A stretch of DNA of 64,000 nucleotides from positions 71,711-135,710 of the forward strand of contig JALHPE010000001.1 of the NCBI GenBank assembly GCA_022842645.1. Reading direction: 5' to 3'. Source of the stretch: Minisyncoccota bacterium. Its GTDB lineage: Bacteria; Patescibacteriota; Minisyncoccia; Phycocordibacterales; UBA2100. Under the pieces are notes generated by a model that saw only the letters and a list, made by a program, of their open reading frames with translations, did no database searches and was not told the origin of the DNA. The position numbers and the translations under genes are program-made. This document shows positions 47,493 through 56,516 of this stretch, in pieces (within the stretch, counting starts at the first letter, position 1; each line of letters starts with the position of its first letter).

Positions 47493-49040
47493 TTAGTCCG
47501 AAATAGGGAGCACCTCCCCCACTTGAAGACCTGACAGTATCTCGATGGTGCCCATTGAAGAAATCATACCTGTTGTGACCGGGCGTTCAGTACGCACACC
47601 ATCCTTTGCGACAATCACAAATGAGACACCATCACGCACGCGCACTAATCCCTGAGGAATACTGATAACGCTATCGCGACGATCGGTTGTCATCACAACA
47701 TTTGCGGTCATGCCAGATCGAATGCGCTCATCAGCTGCATCGAACGCGATAAGAATACGATATGTTGACACACCATCTCTCACCGTCTCTGCAGGATCAA
47801 TAGCCGCTACGCGCGCAGGAAACGAAATACTCGGCCCATAGGCATCAAGAGTGACACGCACAGGATCCCCTACGGAAATAAGAGCGATGTTGATTTCTGG
47901 AATATAGCTCTCAACTTCAAAACCTCCACTACCTATCATAGAAACGGCTGTTTCACTCCCAGTAAGAATTGCCCCAATTTTTGCATCAATTGCGGTAATA
48001 GTGCCATCAAAAGGAGCTCGTATTTCTGTCTTCTCAATGAGTGCTGCCGCCGCCGCGACATCTGCTTCCGCGGCGCGCACTTGCGCACGCTGTGCTGCAA
48101 TGCTCGTCGCGGTGGTACCAGCTTGTTTGAGTACAAGATTCTTCTGCGCACTGATGAGCCCTGTTTCTGCGTTGCGATACGCGGTCTCAGCGGATGTTAA
48201 GTCAGCAATGGTATTTTGCACATTATTTCGTCCTGTAGCGACATCAGATGCGTATCCAAGTATCGTTGCGGTGGGATATGCAACGGTCGGCACTGCACGA
48301 CTGAGCGCGGTCGCAGCAATGGAAAGAAGATTCGCAAGCTCTGAAAGATTTGTTCGAGCGACTACAAGTCCTTCGAGAAGAGCATCGGGTGATGACGCGC
48401 CGGAAAGCGGCTTCCACAGAGCAAAACGTTCCTGAATTGCTACGCGCGCATCAGTAAAATCCGCAAGAAAATCGCTATTGTCAATTGATACAATTATCTC
48501 GGGAAATGCGCTCCGTGGATTGACCACAAACTGATCAATGCGATTGAAAAGCGCATCCTGTGCAACCACATAACTTTCTTGCACGGCCTCAAAGAGTGAC
48601 TGACGCGCTTGCGCGAGTACGGATTTTTTTTGTGCAACATCAGCTTCAGCAATGGCGATCTCTTCTGGTCGTACCCCCTGCTCTAGCTCAGCGAGTTGCG
48701 CCCGCTCGGATGCGAGTATTGCTTCTTTTTGTAAACGCGAGGCACGAAGCTCGCTCTGTTCCAACCGCACGAGAATATCGCCAGCATTCACACGATCCCC
48801 AACGTTTACCGCCACGCTCGCAACTCTCCCTCCCTGTGAAAAACCCAAATCAACAGACTGTGTAGACTCTACTTTTCCAGACGCAGACACTTCTTGGACA
48901 AATTCACCAGAGGTTACTACTACCACCTCCATCTCTTCTCGAGGTGAGAGATACCAATATCCAACCGCAACGGAACATACAATTGCGAGCACCCCATACG
49001 CGAGGAACGTACGCGATGCAAACGAGAACATACCATTCAT
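47493..49040 (-). CDS. HlyD/MacA-like adaptor subunit
   Basis: VGDRVNAG, IRAPFDGTI, IRSGMTA; start 7 nt after TACACT. Confidence 0.9.
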   Translation of the reverse strand: MNGMFSFASRTFLAYGVLAIVCSVAVGYWYLSPREEMEVVVVTSGEFVQEVSASGKVESTQSVDLGFSQGGRVASVAVNVGDRVNAGDILVRLEQSELRASRLQKEAILASERAQLAELEQGVRPEEIAIAEADVAQKKSVLAQARQSLFEAVQESYVVAQDALFNRIDQFVVNPRSAFPEIIVSIDNSDFLADFTDARVAIQERFALWKPLSGASSPDALLEGLVVARTNLSELANLLSIAATALSRAVPTVAYPTATILGYASDVATGRNNVQNTIADLTSAETAYRNAETGLISAQKNLVLKQAGTTATSIAAQRAQVRAAEADVAAAAALIEKTEIRAPFDGTITAIDAKIGAILTGSETAVSMIGSGGFEVESYIPEINIALISVGDPVRVTLDAYGPSISFPARVAAIDPAETVRDGVSTYRILIAFDAADERIRSGMTANVVMTTDRRDSVISIPQGLVRVRDGVSFVIVAKDGVRTERPVTTGMISSMGTIEILSGLQVGEVLPISD

Positions 49041-49093
49041 CGTCATGAGTGTAGCATGCGCTACGCATCGCACTGCGGCACACTACGTATATA

Positions 49094-50920
49094 TCACTCA
49101 ACAGTCACCGACTTTGCTAAGTTGCGTGGGCGATCAGGGTTCAATCCTTTCTGAATCGCAACATAATATGCAAAAAGTTGGAGCGGGATGAGGTTTAAAA
49201 TCGGCTGGAGCATCTCAAGTGTTTTCGGCACATAAACTACATCGTCAGCCAGCTTTGCAATACTCTTGTCACCCTCGGTTGCAAGTGCAATCACCAGACC
49301 TTTACGCGCCTTCAGCTCATGCACGTTGGACACATTTTTTTCATACACACTGTCGCGCGGAGTGAGTGCAAAAGTCGGGAATTCTTGATCTATCATCGCA
49401 ATCGGTCCATGCTTCATCTCCCCCGCCCCATAGCCTTCGGCGTGAACATACGAAACTTCCTTAAGCTTCAAGGCTCCCTCAAGCGCAACAGGATAGTTGT
49501 ATTTCCGCCCAATGAAGAGAAAGTCGCGCATGTGCGCATATTTCTTCGCGAGCTTCGCCATTTCTTTTTCTTTTTTGAGCACTGTTTCAAGCTTCTTTGG
49601 AAGTGCAGCGAGTTCGCGTGCAATCTCCGCACCCTTTTTCGGCGAGAGCTTGCGTGCACGACCAAAGAAGAGTGTGAAGAGCGCAAGTGTCGTAAGCTGC
49701 GAGACAAGTGCCTTGGTCGAAGCAACACCCACTTCTGGTCCCGCATGATTGTAGACTCCCGCATCAGTCTCGCGCGCAATTGTAGAGCCAACGGTGTTTA
49801 CGATGCCGAGCGTAAGCGCACCCTTTCGCTTCCCCTCACGGACTGCCTCTAATGTATCTATGGTCTCCCCTGACTGTGAGACGGCAATGAGTGCCGTGCG
49901 CTGGTTTAAAACCGGCGAGCGATAGCGAAATTCGGACGCGAGCTCCACTTCCACAGGAATCCCCGCGAATTCTTCGAGCATGTATTCGCCAATCAAGCCC
50001 GCGTAATATGCCGTGCCGCACCCGACGATAATAATGCGTTCAATGTGCGAGAGCTTTTTGGCGACCGATTCAAGCCCACCAAGCTTTGCCATGCCTTTCT
50101 TCTGGATAAGACGTCCACGCAGGGTATTTGAAACCACATCGGGCGCTTCCATGATTTCTTTCAACATGAAATGCTCGTAGCCGCCCTTCTGTGCCTCTTC
50201 CGCGCCCCAACTCAGTTCTTCGGGATTGCGGCGCACGCGCTTCTGCGAGAGTTTGTAGACTGCGTGCGATGTTGGCGTGAGAACCGCCACCTCGCCATCA
50301 TTCAAAAACAGTACTTTCTTCGTGTGCTTCAAAATTGGCGAAGCATCCGATGCGATGAAATGCTCGCCATTCCCCACGCCAAGCACGATGGGAGAACCCA
50401 TCCGCGCAGCAATAAGTTTCTCCGGTTCTTTTGCGTATTGAATGGCTAGGCCGTACGTGCCGCGCACTTCGCCGAGTGCCTTAAACACTGCTTTTTCAAA
50501 ATTCTTCTCACTCCTCAAGTATTCTTCAATAAGATGTGCCAAAACTTCTGTGTCTGATTCAGAAAAAAATGTGTGCCCTTTCTTGGTAAGTCTTTCTTTT
50601 AGTTCACGAAAGTTCTCAACAATACCGTTGTGTACAAGCCAAATATCCTCCTTTCCGCCATGGTGCGGATGTGCGTTTTTCTCCGTTGGCGCACCGTGTG
50701 TTGCCCAGCGCAAATGTGAGATGCCGCTTTTGCCGGTGAAGCTTTTGGGCACTTTCCCACGAAGCGCACCCACTGCCCCGGGTGTCTTCACCACTCCACT
50801 CTCCGGCGTGTAAATACCAGCGGAATCATAGCCACGATATTCGAGAGACGAGAGCCCCTCAAGTAACACCTCCACGGCGTCTTTGTTTTTCGAACCAGTG
50901 TACGCAAAAATGCCACACAT
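49094..50920 (-). CDS. glmS: Glutamine--fructose-6-phosphate aminotransferase
   Basis: MCGI, EYRGYDSAG, RWATHG, SQSGET, PRNLAKSVTVE. Confidence 0.97.
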   Translation of the reverse strand: MCGIFAYTGSKNKDAVEVLLEGLSSLEYRGYDSAGIYTPESGVVKTPGAVGALRGKVPKSFTGKSGISHLRWATHGAPTEKNAHPHHGGKEDIWLVHNGIVENFRELKERLTKKGHTFFSESDTEVLAHLIEEYLRSEKNFEKAVFKALGEVRGTYGLAIQYAKEPEKLIAARMGSPIVLGVGNGEHFIASDASPILKHTKKVLFLNDGEVAVLTPTSHAVYKLSQKRVRRNPEELSWGAEEAQKGGYEHFMLKEIMEAPDVVSNTLRGRLIQKKGMAKLGGLESVAKKLSHIERIIIVGCGTAYYAGLIGEYMLEEFAGIPVEVELASEFRYRSPVLNQRTALIAVSQSGETIDTLEAVREGKRKGALTLGIVNTVGSTIARETDAGVYNHAGPEVGVASTKALVSQLTTLALFTLFFGRARKLSPKKGAEIARELAALPKKLETVLKKEKEMAKLAKKYAHMRDFLFIGRKYNYPVALEGALKLKEVSYVHAEGYGAGEMKHGPIAMIDQEFPTFALTPRDSVYEKNVSNVHELKARKGLVIALATEGDKSIAKLADDVVYVPKTLEMLQPILNLIPLQLFAYYVAIQKGLNPDRPRNLAKSVTVE

Positions 50921-50946
50921 AGCGCGGAAACTATAGCACAACTATG

Positions 50947-50975
50947 AAATTCTCAAGGTTCGACCTTGAGAATTT
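50947..50975. repeat. REP-like palindrome, family A copy 1
   Basis: AAATTCTCAAGGT-tcg-ACCTTGAGAATTT. Confidence 0.85.
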
Positions 50976-50985
50976 TGGACTGTGG

Positions 50986-52305
50986 TTATGCCTCGAGCAA
51001 CTTGATTACAGCATCCTCAAAATCACGTATATGGAAACGCTCTCGCACCTGCTCTTTCCAATTAGATGCACCAAGGTCAACATCAGGAACGACACCAAAC
51101 CCCTCGATAGCTTCGCCATCATCGCGCACCATCAAGGAATGCACGAGAAGCACTGAGTATTTCTCAGTCTCGTCAAACTGCGTCTTCAAAGGAAAAGTGT
51201 TTTCAACCGTGCCCCAGCCCTTGGTAGTCTTCCCTACAACAACGCCGAGGTTGAAACGCTTAAACATGGAAGTTGTTAGTTCCGCCGTCGAGCGGGTCTC
51301 GCCATCAACGAGAATTGCTACATCCTTCAGCTCTGCAAGACCTGGTATACGCCCTATTTGCGGCGTGCGCTCAATCTGTGCATCGCCTTGATGGAACAAG
51401 TCATACGCATACTGATTGGGTCCCACAAAAAGTGCGAGCATATATTTTGCAAAATCTAATGTGCCGCCCATATTACCCCGCATATCAATGATCAAGCTGT
51501 CGAGAGCAGGATTCTCCCCTGTCGATGTAAGTGCAGTAATAAATTCTTGGAATGTTGCGGGAGTTACCTGAGCCAAATCGACGTACAAAATGTGCCCCGC
51601 TATCGTGCGCGAGACAAGTGAAGGTTCTATTTTTGCCTCGTCGTAGACCGCCTTTGATGCCTCTTCTGAGAGCACATCCTTCGCGCGCTCCACTTCCGCA
51701 AGTTGTATCGCGGCTTCGGGCGTCGCCTCCGCTTCAAGTTCGGTTTTCTTCTCTACATATGCTGTCGCGACATCATCGGTACTCGCGCCGTCAGGAAGAC
51801 CAAGGCTCTCATAGAGATTTGTATCGCGGTCGACATTGTTTACCACATCTCTAAACGCGATCTCCTGCTTTTCAGAGAGAAGTCCGCTGCGCCCTTGTGG
51901 CGCAAGGTTCACGAGCGCAACAAGGGATGTATCGTGTGCAAGCGCTTTCCGCTTGTCCTCGAGAATAGCGTCAAATTCTTTTGCGAGCACGCGCGCAAGC
52001 TCGGTGCGCGTTAGTTCAAAGGCATCTACCGGTACATCTCCTTTAGCCTTTTGTAGCGAAAGACGAAAGAGCTCAACAAGCTCGTTTTCAGGAAGCTTCT
52101 TCCAGTACTCTTCTGAAATGACGTCGAACACTTCCATCGTGAAGCGAACGAACACGCTTTCAGCTTCCTCGGGGGTTTTGTATGTTTCAGTCGGTATAAC
52201 AACCTCAGCATTCAGTGTTGTGTGTTCATACCACTGATACCCACCACCCAGAAGAACAAGCAAGACGATCAGAGATGCGGGAAATACAAAACGAGAACGT
52301 GACAT
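50986..52305 (-). CDS. S41-family peptidase with J-domain-like insert
   Basis: IIDMRGNMGG, ILVD..TRSTAE, VVG.TT.GWGTV, IEG.GVVPDV. Confidence 0.85.
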   Translation of the reverse strand: MSRSRFVFPASLIVLLVLLGGGYQWYEHTTLNAEVVIPTETYKTPEEAESVFVRFTMEVFDVISEEYWKKLPENELVELFRLSLQKAKGDVPVDAFELTRTELARVLAKEFDAILEDKRKALAHDTSLVALVNLAPQGRSGLLSEKQEIAFRDVVNNVDRDTNLYESLGLPDGASTDDVATAYVEKKTELEAEATPEAAIQLAEVERAKDVLSEEASKAVYDEAKIEPSLVSRTIAGHILYVDLAQVTPATFQEFITALTSTGENPALDSLIIDMRGNMGGTLDFAKYMLALFVGPNQYAYDLFHQGDAQIERTPQIGRIPGLAELKDVAILVDGETRSTAELTTSMFKRFNLGVVVGKTTKGWGTVENTFPLKTQFDETEKYSVLLVHSLMVRDDGEAIEGFGVVPDVDLGASNWKEQVRERFHIRDFEDAVIKLLEA

Positions 52306-52370
52306 TGTAATAGGATATCACGACACATCTGGTGCTCTATATTGATTTTGAGGGGGTTTATGTATCAGGC

Positions 52371-52397
52371 AATTCTCAAGGTTCGACCTTGAGAATT
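52371..52397. repeat. REP-like palindrome, family A copy 2
   Basis: AATTCTCAAGGT-tcg-ACCTTGAGAATT, identical core and same orientation as copy 1. Confidence 0.85.
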
Positions 52398-52407
52398 TAA
52401 AACATGA

Positions 52408-52956
52408 TTATTCGACCACATACACCCAGCCCGGTTGCCACGACTTCGTCTTACGCCAATCTTCGGCAAGCGCCTCTTTCCAAGTCTTGCCCTTAAGAAT
52501 CACATCAAGCGAAAGCTGAGGTGCCTTATGCCCGACAATAGCTATATGCTTCCCGTCATAGTTCTGTTTGAGAAATGCGATGAAGTCGGCAATACGCGTT
52601 TTCACATCTTCATAGCTCTCCCCGTTCGGGAATGGCTTTTCAATGCACTCGTCTTCTTGCATTGGCTCAACGATATCTGAAGAGGCACCATTCAGATCTC
52701 CATAATTACATTCGCGAAGTCGCGCATCCGGGATGATTTCGTAGAGTCCGTCCCACGCAAGTTTTGCCGGATCGTGAGCGCGCTTGAGGTCGGAGCAAAA
52801 GACGACATCGAACCTCATATCCTTTGTTTGCTCTTTCAATGCGACTGACTGTTGGTGGCCGAGCTCTGACAGTTCAACATCTTTCCACCCGGAAGAAATA
52901 TGCTGTTCGTTGTCGGTGGTAGTGCCGTGAACGAAGTAAGTAATTTGTATTGACAT
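52408..52956 (-). CDS. Histidine phosphatase family protein
   Basis: VHGTT..N, SDLKRA, LRECNYG, PNGES, VGH. Confidence 0.9.
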   Translation of the reverse strand: MSIQITYFVHGTTTDNEQHISSGWKDVELSELGHQQSVALKEQTKDMRFDVVFCSDLKRAHDPAKLAWDGLYEIIPDARLRECNYGDLNGASSDIVEPMQEDECIEKPFPNGESYEDVKTRIADFIAFLKQNYDGKHIAIVGHKAPQLSLDVILKGKTWKEALAEDWRKTKSWQPGWVYVVE

Positions 52957-53061
52957 ATTGATATTTTAACAGAAAAGACCGCTCTCAGCAGGTATGCAAT
53001 TACGGAATAGATATTCTTTCCAGTATCTAACCCCTTTGGTTCTTTCGATACTTAACTACGC

Positions 53062-53081
53062 TGTTGCCAGACTTGGATTCG
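53062..53081 (-). pseudogene. tRNA 3'-end remnant (Gln-like), probable att site
   Basis: Minus strand CGAATCCAAG-TCTGGCA-AC reads as T-loop end, T-stem and acceptor strand; the 5' half is absent. Confidence 0.55.
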
Positions 53082-53237
53082 CTCCCCGAATATTTCTTGC
53101 GCCGCGGCGCAAGAAATTTCTAGAGCCGCGGCTCGCGGTCTCGCCTTCTAGCGAGACATCGCTCCGCCGTTCGAATCCAAGCCGGAGTGTGCGCAGGCAC
53201 ACTCCTTCCGGCAATAAAATTGCTACGCTATTTTATT
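53062..53237. other. Multi-hairpin structured element at the island junction
   Basis: Palindromes or hairpins at 53092-53117, 53123-53134, 53138-53157, 53184-53205, 53213-53237; CTTGGATTCG/CGAATCCAAG closing stem. Confidence 0.7.
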
Positions 53238-53696
53238 GGCTTGGCGGGACTATCTACGAACTGTTAGTTGGGAAGAAATGTTCCCGTATCCCAGTGTTTC
53301 CCTCCAGCAAATGCAGCAATTACTGGCGCTGGCTCACTAGAACAGTATCCGTATATCCGTATCAGACCCGTAATGTACCAAGTATAACAGTTACGTACTG
53401 GTGCATATAGACTCGCCATTCCAGATTCTCAAAATGGGTGGTGGGTGTTTTCTTTTTGACCTTTCAGTTCGGCGGGCGGTCACCCTATCCAAGTTGGAGC
53501 ATTTCGGGGCAAAACCCTTACCAGGTGCGCTGTCGTACCATTGTCCTCATTTGTCGTTGATGGTAGTTGAGGACATATCCAAAACCATTGTCCTGTTTGC
53601 TATGCGTATAACCGTATATGCCAAGTTATGGATAAACATAGAAAATGGGTGTACTCTCGTTTTACCTCACCCGAAGTTGGGTAAAAACCACCCACT

Positions 53697-53903
53697 CTAT
53701 AGGGTGTCTTTTTTAGCTCCCTTTTCCTCTTTGGCACGAGCATCGTATTCATCAGCCCATTCTTTCTTGATTGGTCGGTAAATCACATTGAAAAGATTGA
53801 GCAGATTGATTGCCTCCTCGGTAGCCTTCTCATCAGAAATGTCCTCACTAAATTGTTTGCGCCAGATGGTCTTGAAATCTGAAAGCGCCTTTTTGGATAG
53901 CAT
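53697..53903 (-). CDS. Small helical hypothetical protein typical of such elements
   Basis: MLSKKALSDFKTIWRKQF..DISDE.A...; starts 4 nt after the ATPase stop. Confidence 0.75.
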   Translation of the reverse strand: MLSKKALSDFKTIWRKQFSEDISDEKATEEAINLLNLFNVIYRPIKKEWADEYDARAKEEKGAKKDTL

Positions 53904-53907
53904 TGTG

Positions 53908-56358
53908 TTATTTCTTTGCTTTCTCCAGCTTTAACTTCCCACATTGGCACTCTATGGACTCTTTGCTTCTGTGATACTCAACAAATTGGTGGCAGTCTTT
54001 GCACCATAATTCGTTCTCCAATTTGAACCATTCTTCTGCCGCTCGCTTTATTTCCGCTGGAGCAATTGAGGTGCCGCTGTTAGTTCTTGCGTGGGATACA
54101 AAGTTACGCATAATCGGCTCATACTTTTTTGCTTCTTGAATCTGTTGAACAGCTGCGTGTCCTTTTGCTTTATCGTTGAGTCGTGCGTACAGCGCATCAA
54201 AAAGCTCCTCCATCGAAGGCGGGTCATTCTTTGTGTAACGATAACGAACTGCCGCCCAAAGCCCCTCGCAGAGTTCGTTTAGAGTGCTCTCTACATAACG
54301 CCCCAGTTTCCACCCTGCATCCTCAATCCTAGTAGAGTCTTTCAGACACTCTTCAATCTCTTCTTGAGTGGTAGCAGCGACATCAATCACAGCGCCTGTC
54401 TCATAGCCCCAGCTTTTAATTTTCTTAGGTATCCACTTCGGGAATCGGCGAACAATTTTCTGGAACCAATAATAATCGTGTGTGAAAAGTATTATCTGAT
54501 AATCGCTAAACTCCTGCTCAATCAAATCGAGCAGAGTGTCTCGCTTGTCTATATCGAGACTGTTCATTATGTCGTCAAGAACTATGAACTTGCAGCTATC
54601 GTTGAACTGTTTGATGCAGGTGAAGTAAACCGCCAAGCCCAGGCTGTTGAGTAGTGATTCACTCAAGACCTTGTACGCAGGTTTAACTGTTACATCGTAG
54701 TAATGCAGCTGTATTTCTGCGGAACGCCCAGCTGCTCGTCCTTTCTCTTCGTTGAGAACAATCTCAATGTTCTTAATGTCTTTATCATTTCTCAAAATGG
54801 AAAAGTATTTGCCAATCCTTTCTGAAATTTCATTGAAGCGCGACTTTATATTTTCTTGAATGAGAGTGATGAGCTTGTTGCTTACCGCAGCAAAAGCAGT
54901 GATTTCTTTTTCCGTGAATTGAGATTCAGCTTCCGTATCCCGTATTTCAATTAGCTTCACCCTAATTTGGGTAAGTTTTTCTATATCCTCTGCCAACTTC
55001 AAGTCCCTCTCTGAAGGCTGAATCTTCGTCTTTTCGGAAGTGATGGTTTTTAGAACTTCTTTCTGTTCCGCTTCTACCTGTTCGATGAGTTCCTTTGTGA
55101 GAGCAATTTCGGTTGTAGCACCAAGTGGCTTAGCAAGCCAGCCGCTTTCAAGTCCAGAGAGAATTTCCTTGTAGGCTTTGGTCTTTTCGTAAGTGAGAGC
55201 AGGTATTATTTTTTGCACATCGTCATACTTTGATAGCAACCTCTCTATGGTGCCCGCTTCCTGTCTCACAACTGATTTCAAAGTGTTAATTACTTTCTCT
55301 ATGGCTTCTTTGTCCTCCTTAACTTTCGTGAGTAAGTTCAATTCGTCTTGAATATGCTTGACCAGCTCATCTCTTTCCCAAGATGTGCCGCAAACGGGAC
55401 AGGTAGTGCTGGTTTCCGTCTGTTTATTCAAAACCTCTAGCGCTTGGTCATACAGACCAATGACATCAATCTGTTCTATTCGTTTTAGCTCTTTGTTGAA
55501 GTCGTCTAATTGCTTCTTTGCGTCAACGAGCGAACCAAGCAGCGTATTGCTTACAGTAAATAATCCGATACTGGTTTCAGCTTGAGTAAGCTTGTCTATG
55601 GTGATGCCCACAGATGATGTGGCACGCAATTTTGCGAACTCTGGAATGTAGGCGAGAAGACCCTCGATACTTTTCTGTTCAGCAATCTTGTGAGCGGTCA
55701 GTACGCCGTTACAGATACGTAGGATTTCTATGTCGGATGTATCTTGGCTACCCGTAAGCTTGAATAGATGCTGTTCAAGCGCCTTTACAGTGGCAGCAAG
55801 CTCATCCTTCTTTCGCTTTAACTCTGGGAGAATTTTAAGGGCAAGTTTTTCCTGGAACGACAGCTCACTTTCAAAACCCATCCAGTTTGCAAGTCGTTGG
55901 TATTTTTTCAGTCCCGTCTGATTGTAAACAAAGTCTATTACCTCCAAGTAACGAAGGTATGGCTTAATTACGAATGCTTTGTAAACATTCTCAAAGTCAT
56001 CATCAGAAGACAGAGATGGCTGCGTAATCTTTTTGTGATTGTAGGTTTTGCGCAGCGTATCAAGTTTCTTTTCAGAATCGTCGAACTGCAACTCAACAAA
56101 ACTTTCGTCTTTGTCTGGGTCAACTGCCAAGTGTGGGTACGCTTTTTCTTCAGCATCCTCTCTTGTGAGCCATTCAACTTTGTTATCTTCAGACAAGAAC
56201 CATTCGACACCATCAACAAAAGAAGTTTTGCCAGAACTATTTAACCCATAGAGAACGAGTGAGCGCGGTTTTTTATCATCCTTTGCTGTAAGGAGTAAGT
56301 CCTGTGGCTTGAGAATGCCCCTGAAACCGCTAAGCGTTATTTTTCTTACTTTCAGCAT
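53908..56358 (-). CDS. Rad50/RloC-like ABC ATPase with zinc hook, HEPN-like nuclease motif and C-terminal zinc ribbon
   Basis: Walker A GLNSSGKT, CPVC hook inside a coiled coil, LSES signature, IVLDD, FTHD, RYVE..RNFVSH, CKDC..CQC. Confidence 0.85.
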   Translation of the reverse strand: MLKVRKITLSGFRGILKPQDLLLTAKDDKKPRSLVLYGLNSSGKTSFVDGVEWFLSEDNKVEWLTREDAEEKAYPHLAVDPDKDESFVELQFDDSEKKLDTLRKTYNHKKITQPSLSSDDDFENVYKAFVIKPYLRYLEVIDFVYNQTGLKKYQRLANWMGFESELSFQEKLALKILPELKRKKDELAATVKALEQHLFKLTGSQDTSDIEILRICNGVLTAHKIAEQKSIEGLLAYIPEFAKLRATSSVGITIDKLTQAETSIGLFTVSNTLLGSLVDAKKQLDDFNKELKRIEQIDVIGLYDQALEVLNKQTETSTTCPVCGTSWERDELVKHIQDELNLLTKVKEDKEAIEKVINTLKSVVRQEAGTIERLLSKYDDVQKIIPALTYEKTKAYKEILSGLESGWLAKPLGATTEIALTKELIEQVEAEQKEVLKTITSEKTKIQPSERDLKLAEDIEKLTQIRVKLIEIRDTEAESQFTEKEITAFAAVSNKLITLIQENIKSRFNEISERIGKYFSILRNDKDIKNIEIVLNEEKGRAAGRSAEIQLHYYDVTVKPAYKVLSESLLNSLGLAVYFTCIKQFNDSCKFIVLDDIMNSLDIDKRDTLLDLIEQEFSDYQIILFTHDYYWFQKIVRRFPKWIPKKIKSWGYETGAVIDVAATTQEEIEECLKDSTRIEDAGWKLGRYVESTLNELCEGLWAAVRYRYTKNDPPSMEELFDALYARLNDKAKGHAAVQQIQEAKKYEPIMRNFVSHARTNSGTSIAPAEIKRAAEEWFKLENELWCKDCHQFVEYHRSKESIECQCGKLKLEKAKK

Positions 56359-56512
56359 ATCGTTTTTTTATGAGATTCAGTATCTTACCAGCGGTGTCTT
56401 TGCCATCTTCATTTGTCGCATTGGAATCAGACAACAACTGAATGAACGCTGCATCCAGTTCTTTGTCTTTCTTCATTTCCTCAAGATGAGTTTTTATGAT
56501 GTCGCTGCTCAT
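56330..56512 (-). CDS. 60-aa helical protein overlapping the ATPase start
   Basis: MSSDIIKTHLEEMKKDKELD...; ATG 4 nt after the hsdMS stop. Confidence 0.7.
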   Translation of the reverse strand: MSSDIIKTHLEEMKKDKELDAAFIQLLSDSNATNEDGKDTAGKILNLIKKRYAESKKNNA

Positions 56513-56516
56513 ATAT

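Noticed and set aside
50921-50985. glmS ribozyme
   Set aside because: Only 65 nt of intergenic space, occupied by a -10 box and a REP-like palindrome
52994-53781. ORFs 52994-53410 and 53401-53781 (+)
   Set aside because: They cross the palindromic junction or overlap a better minus-strand gene and have no recognisable motifs
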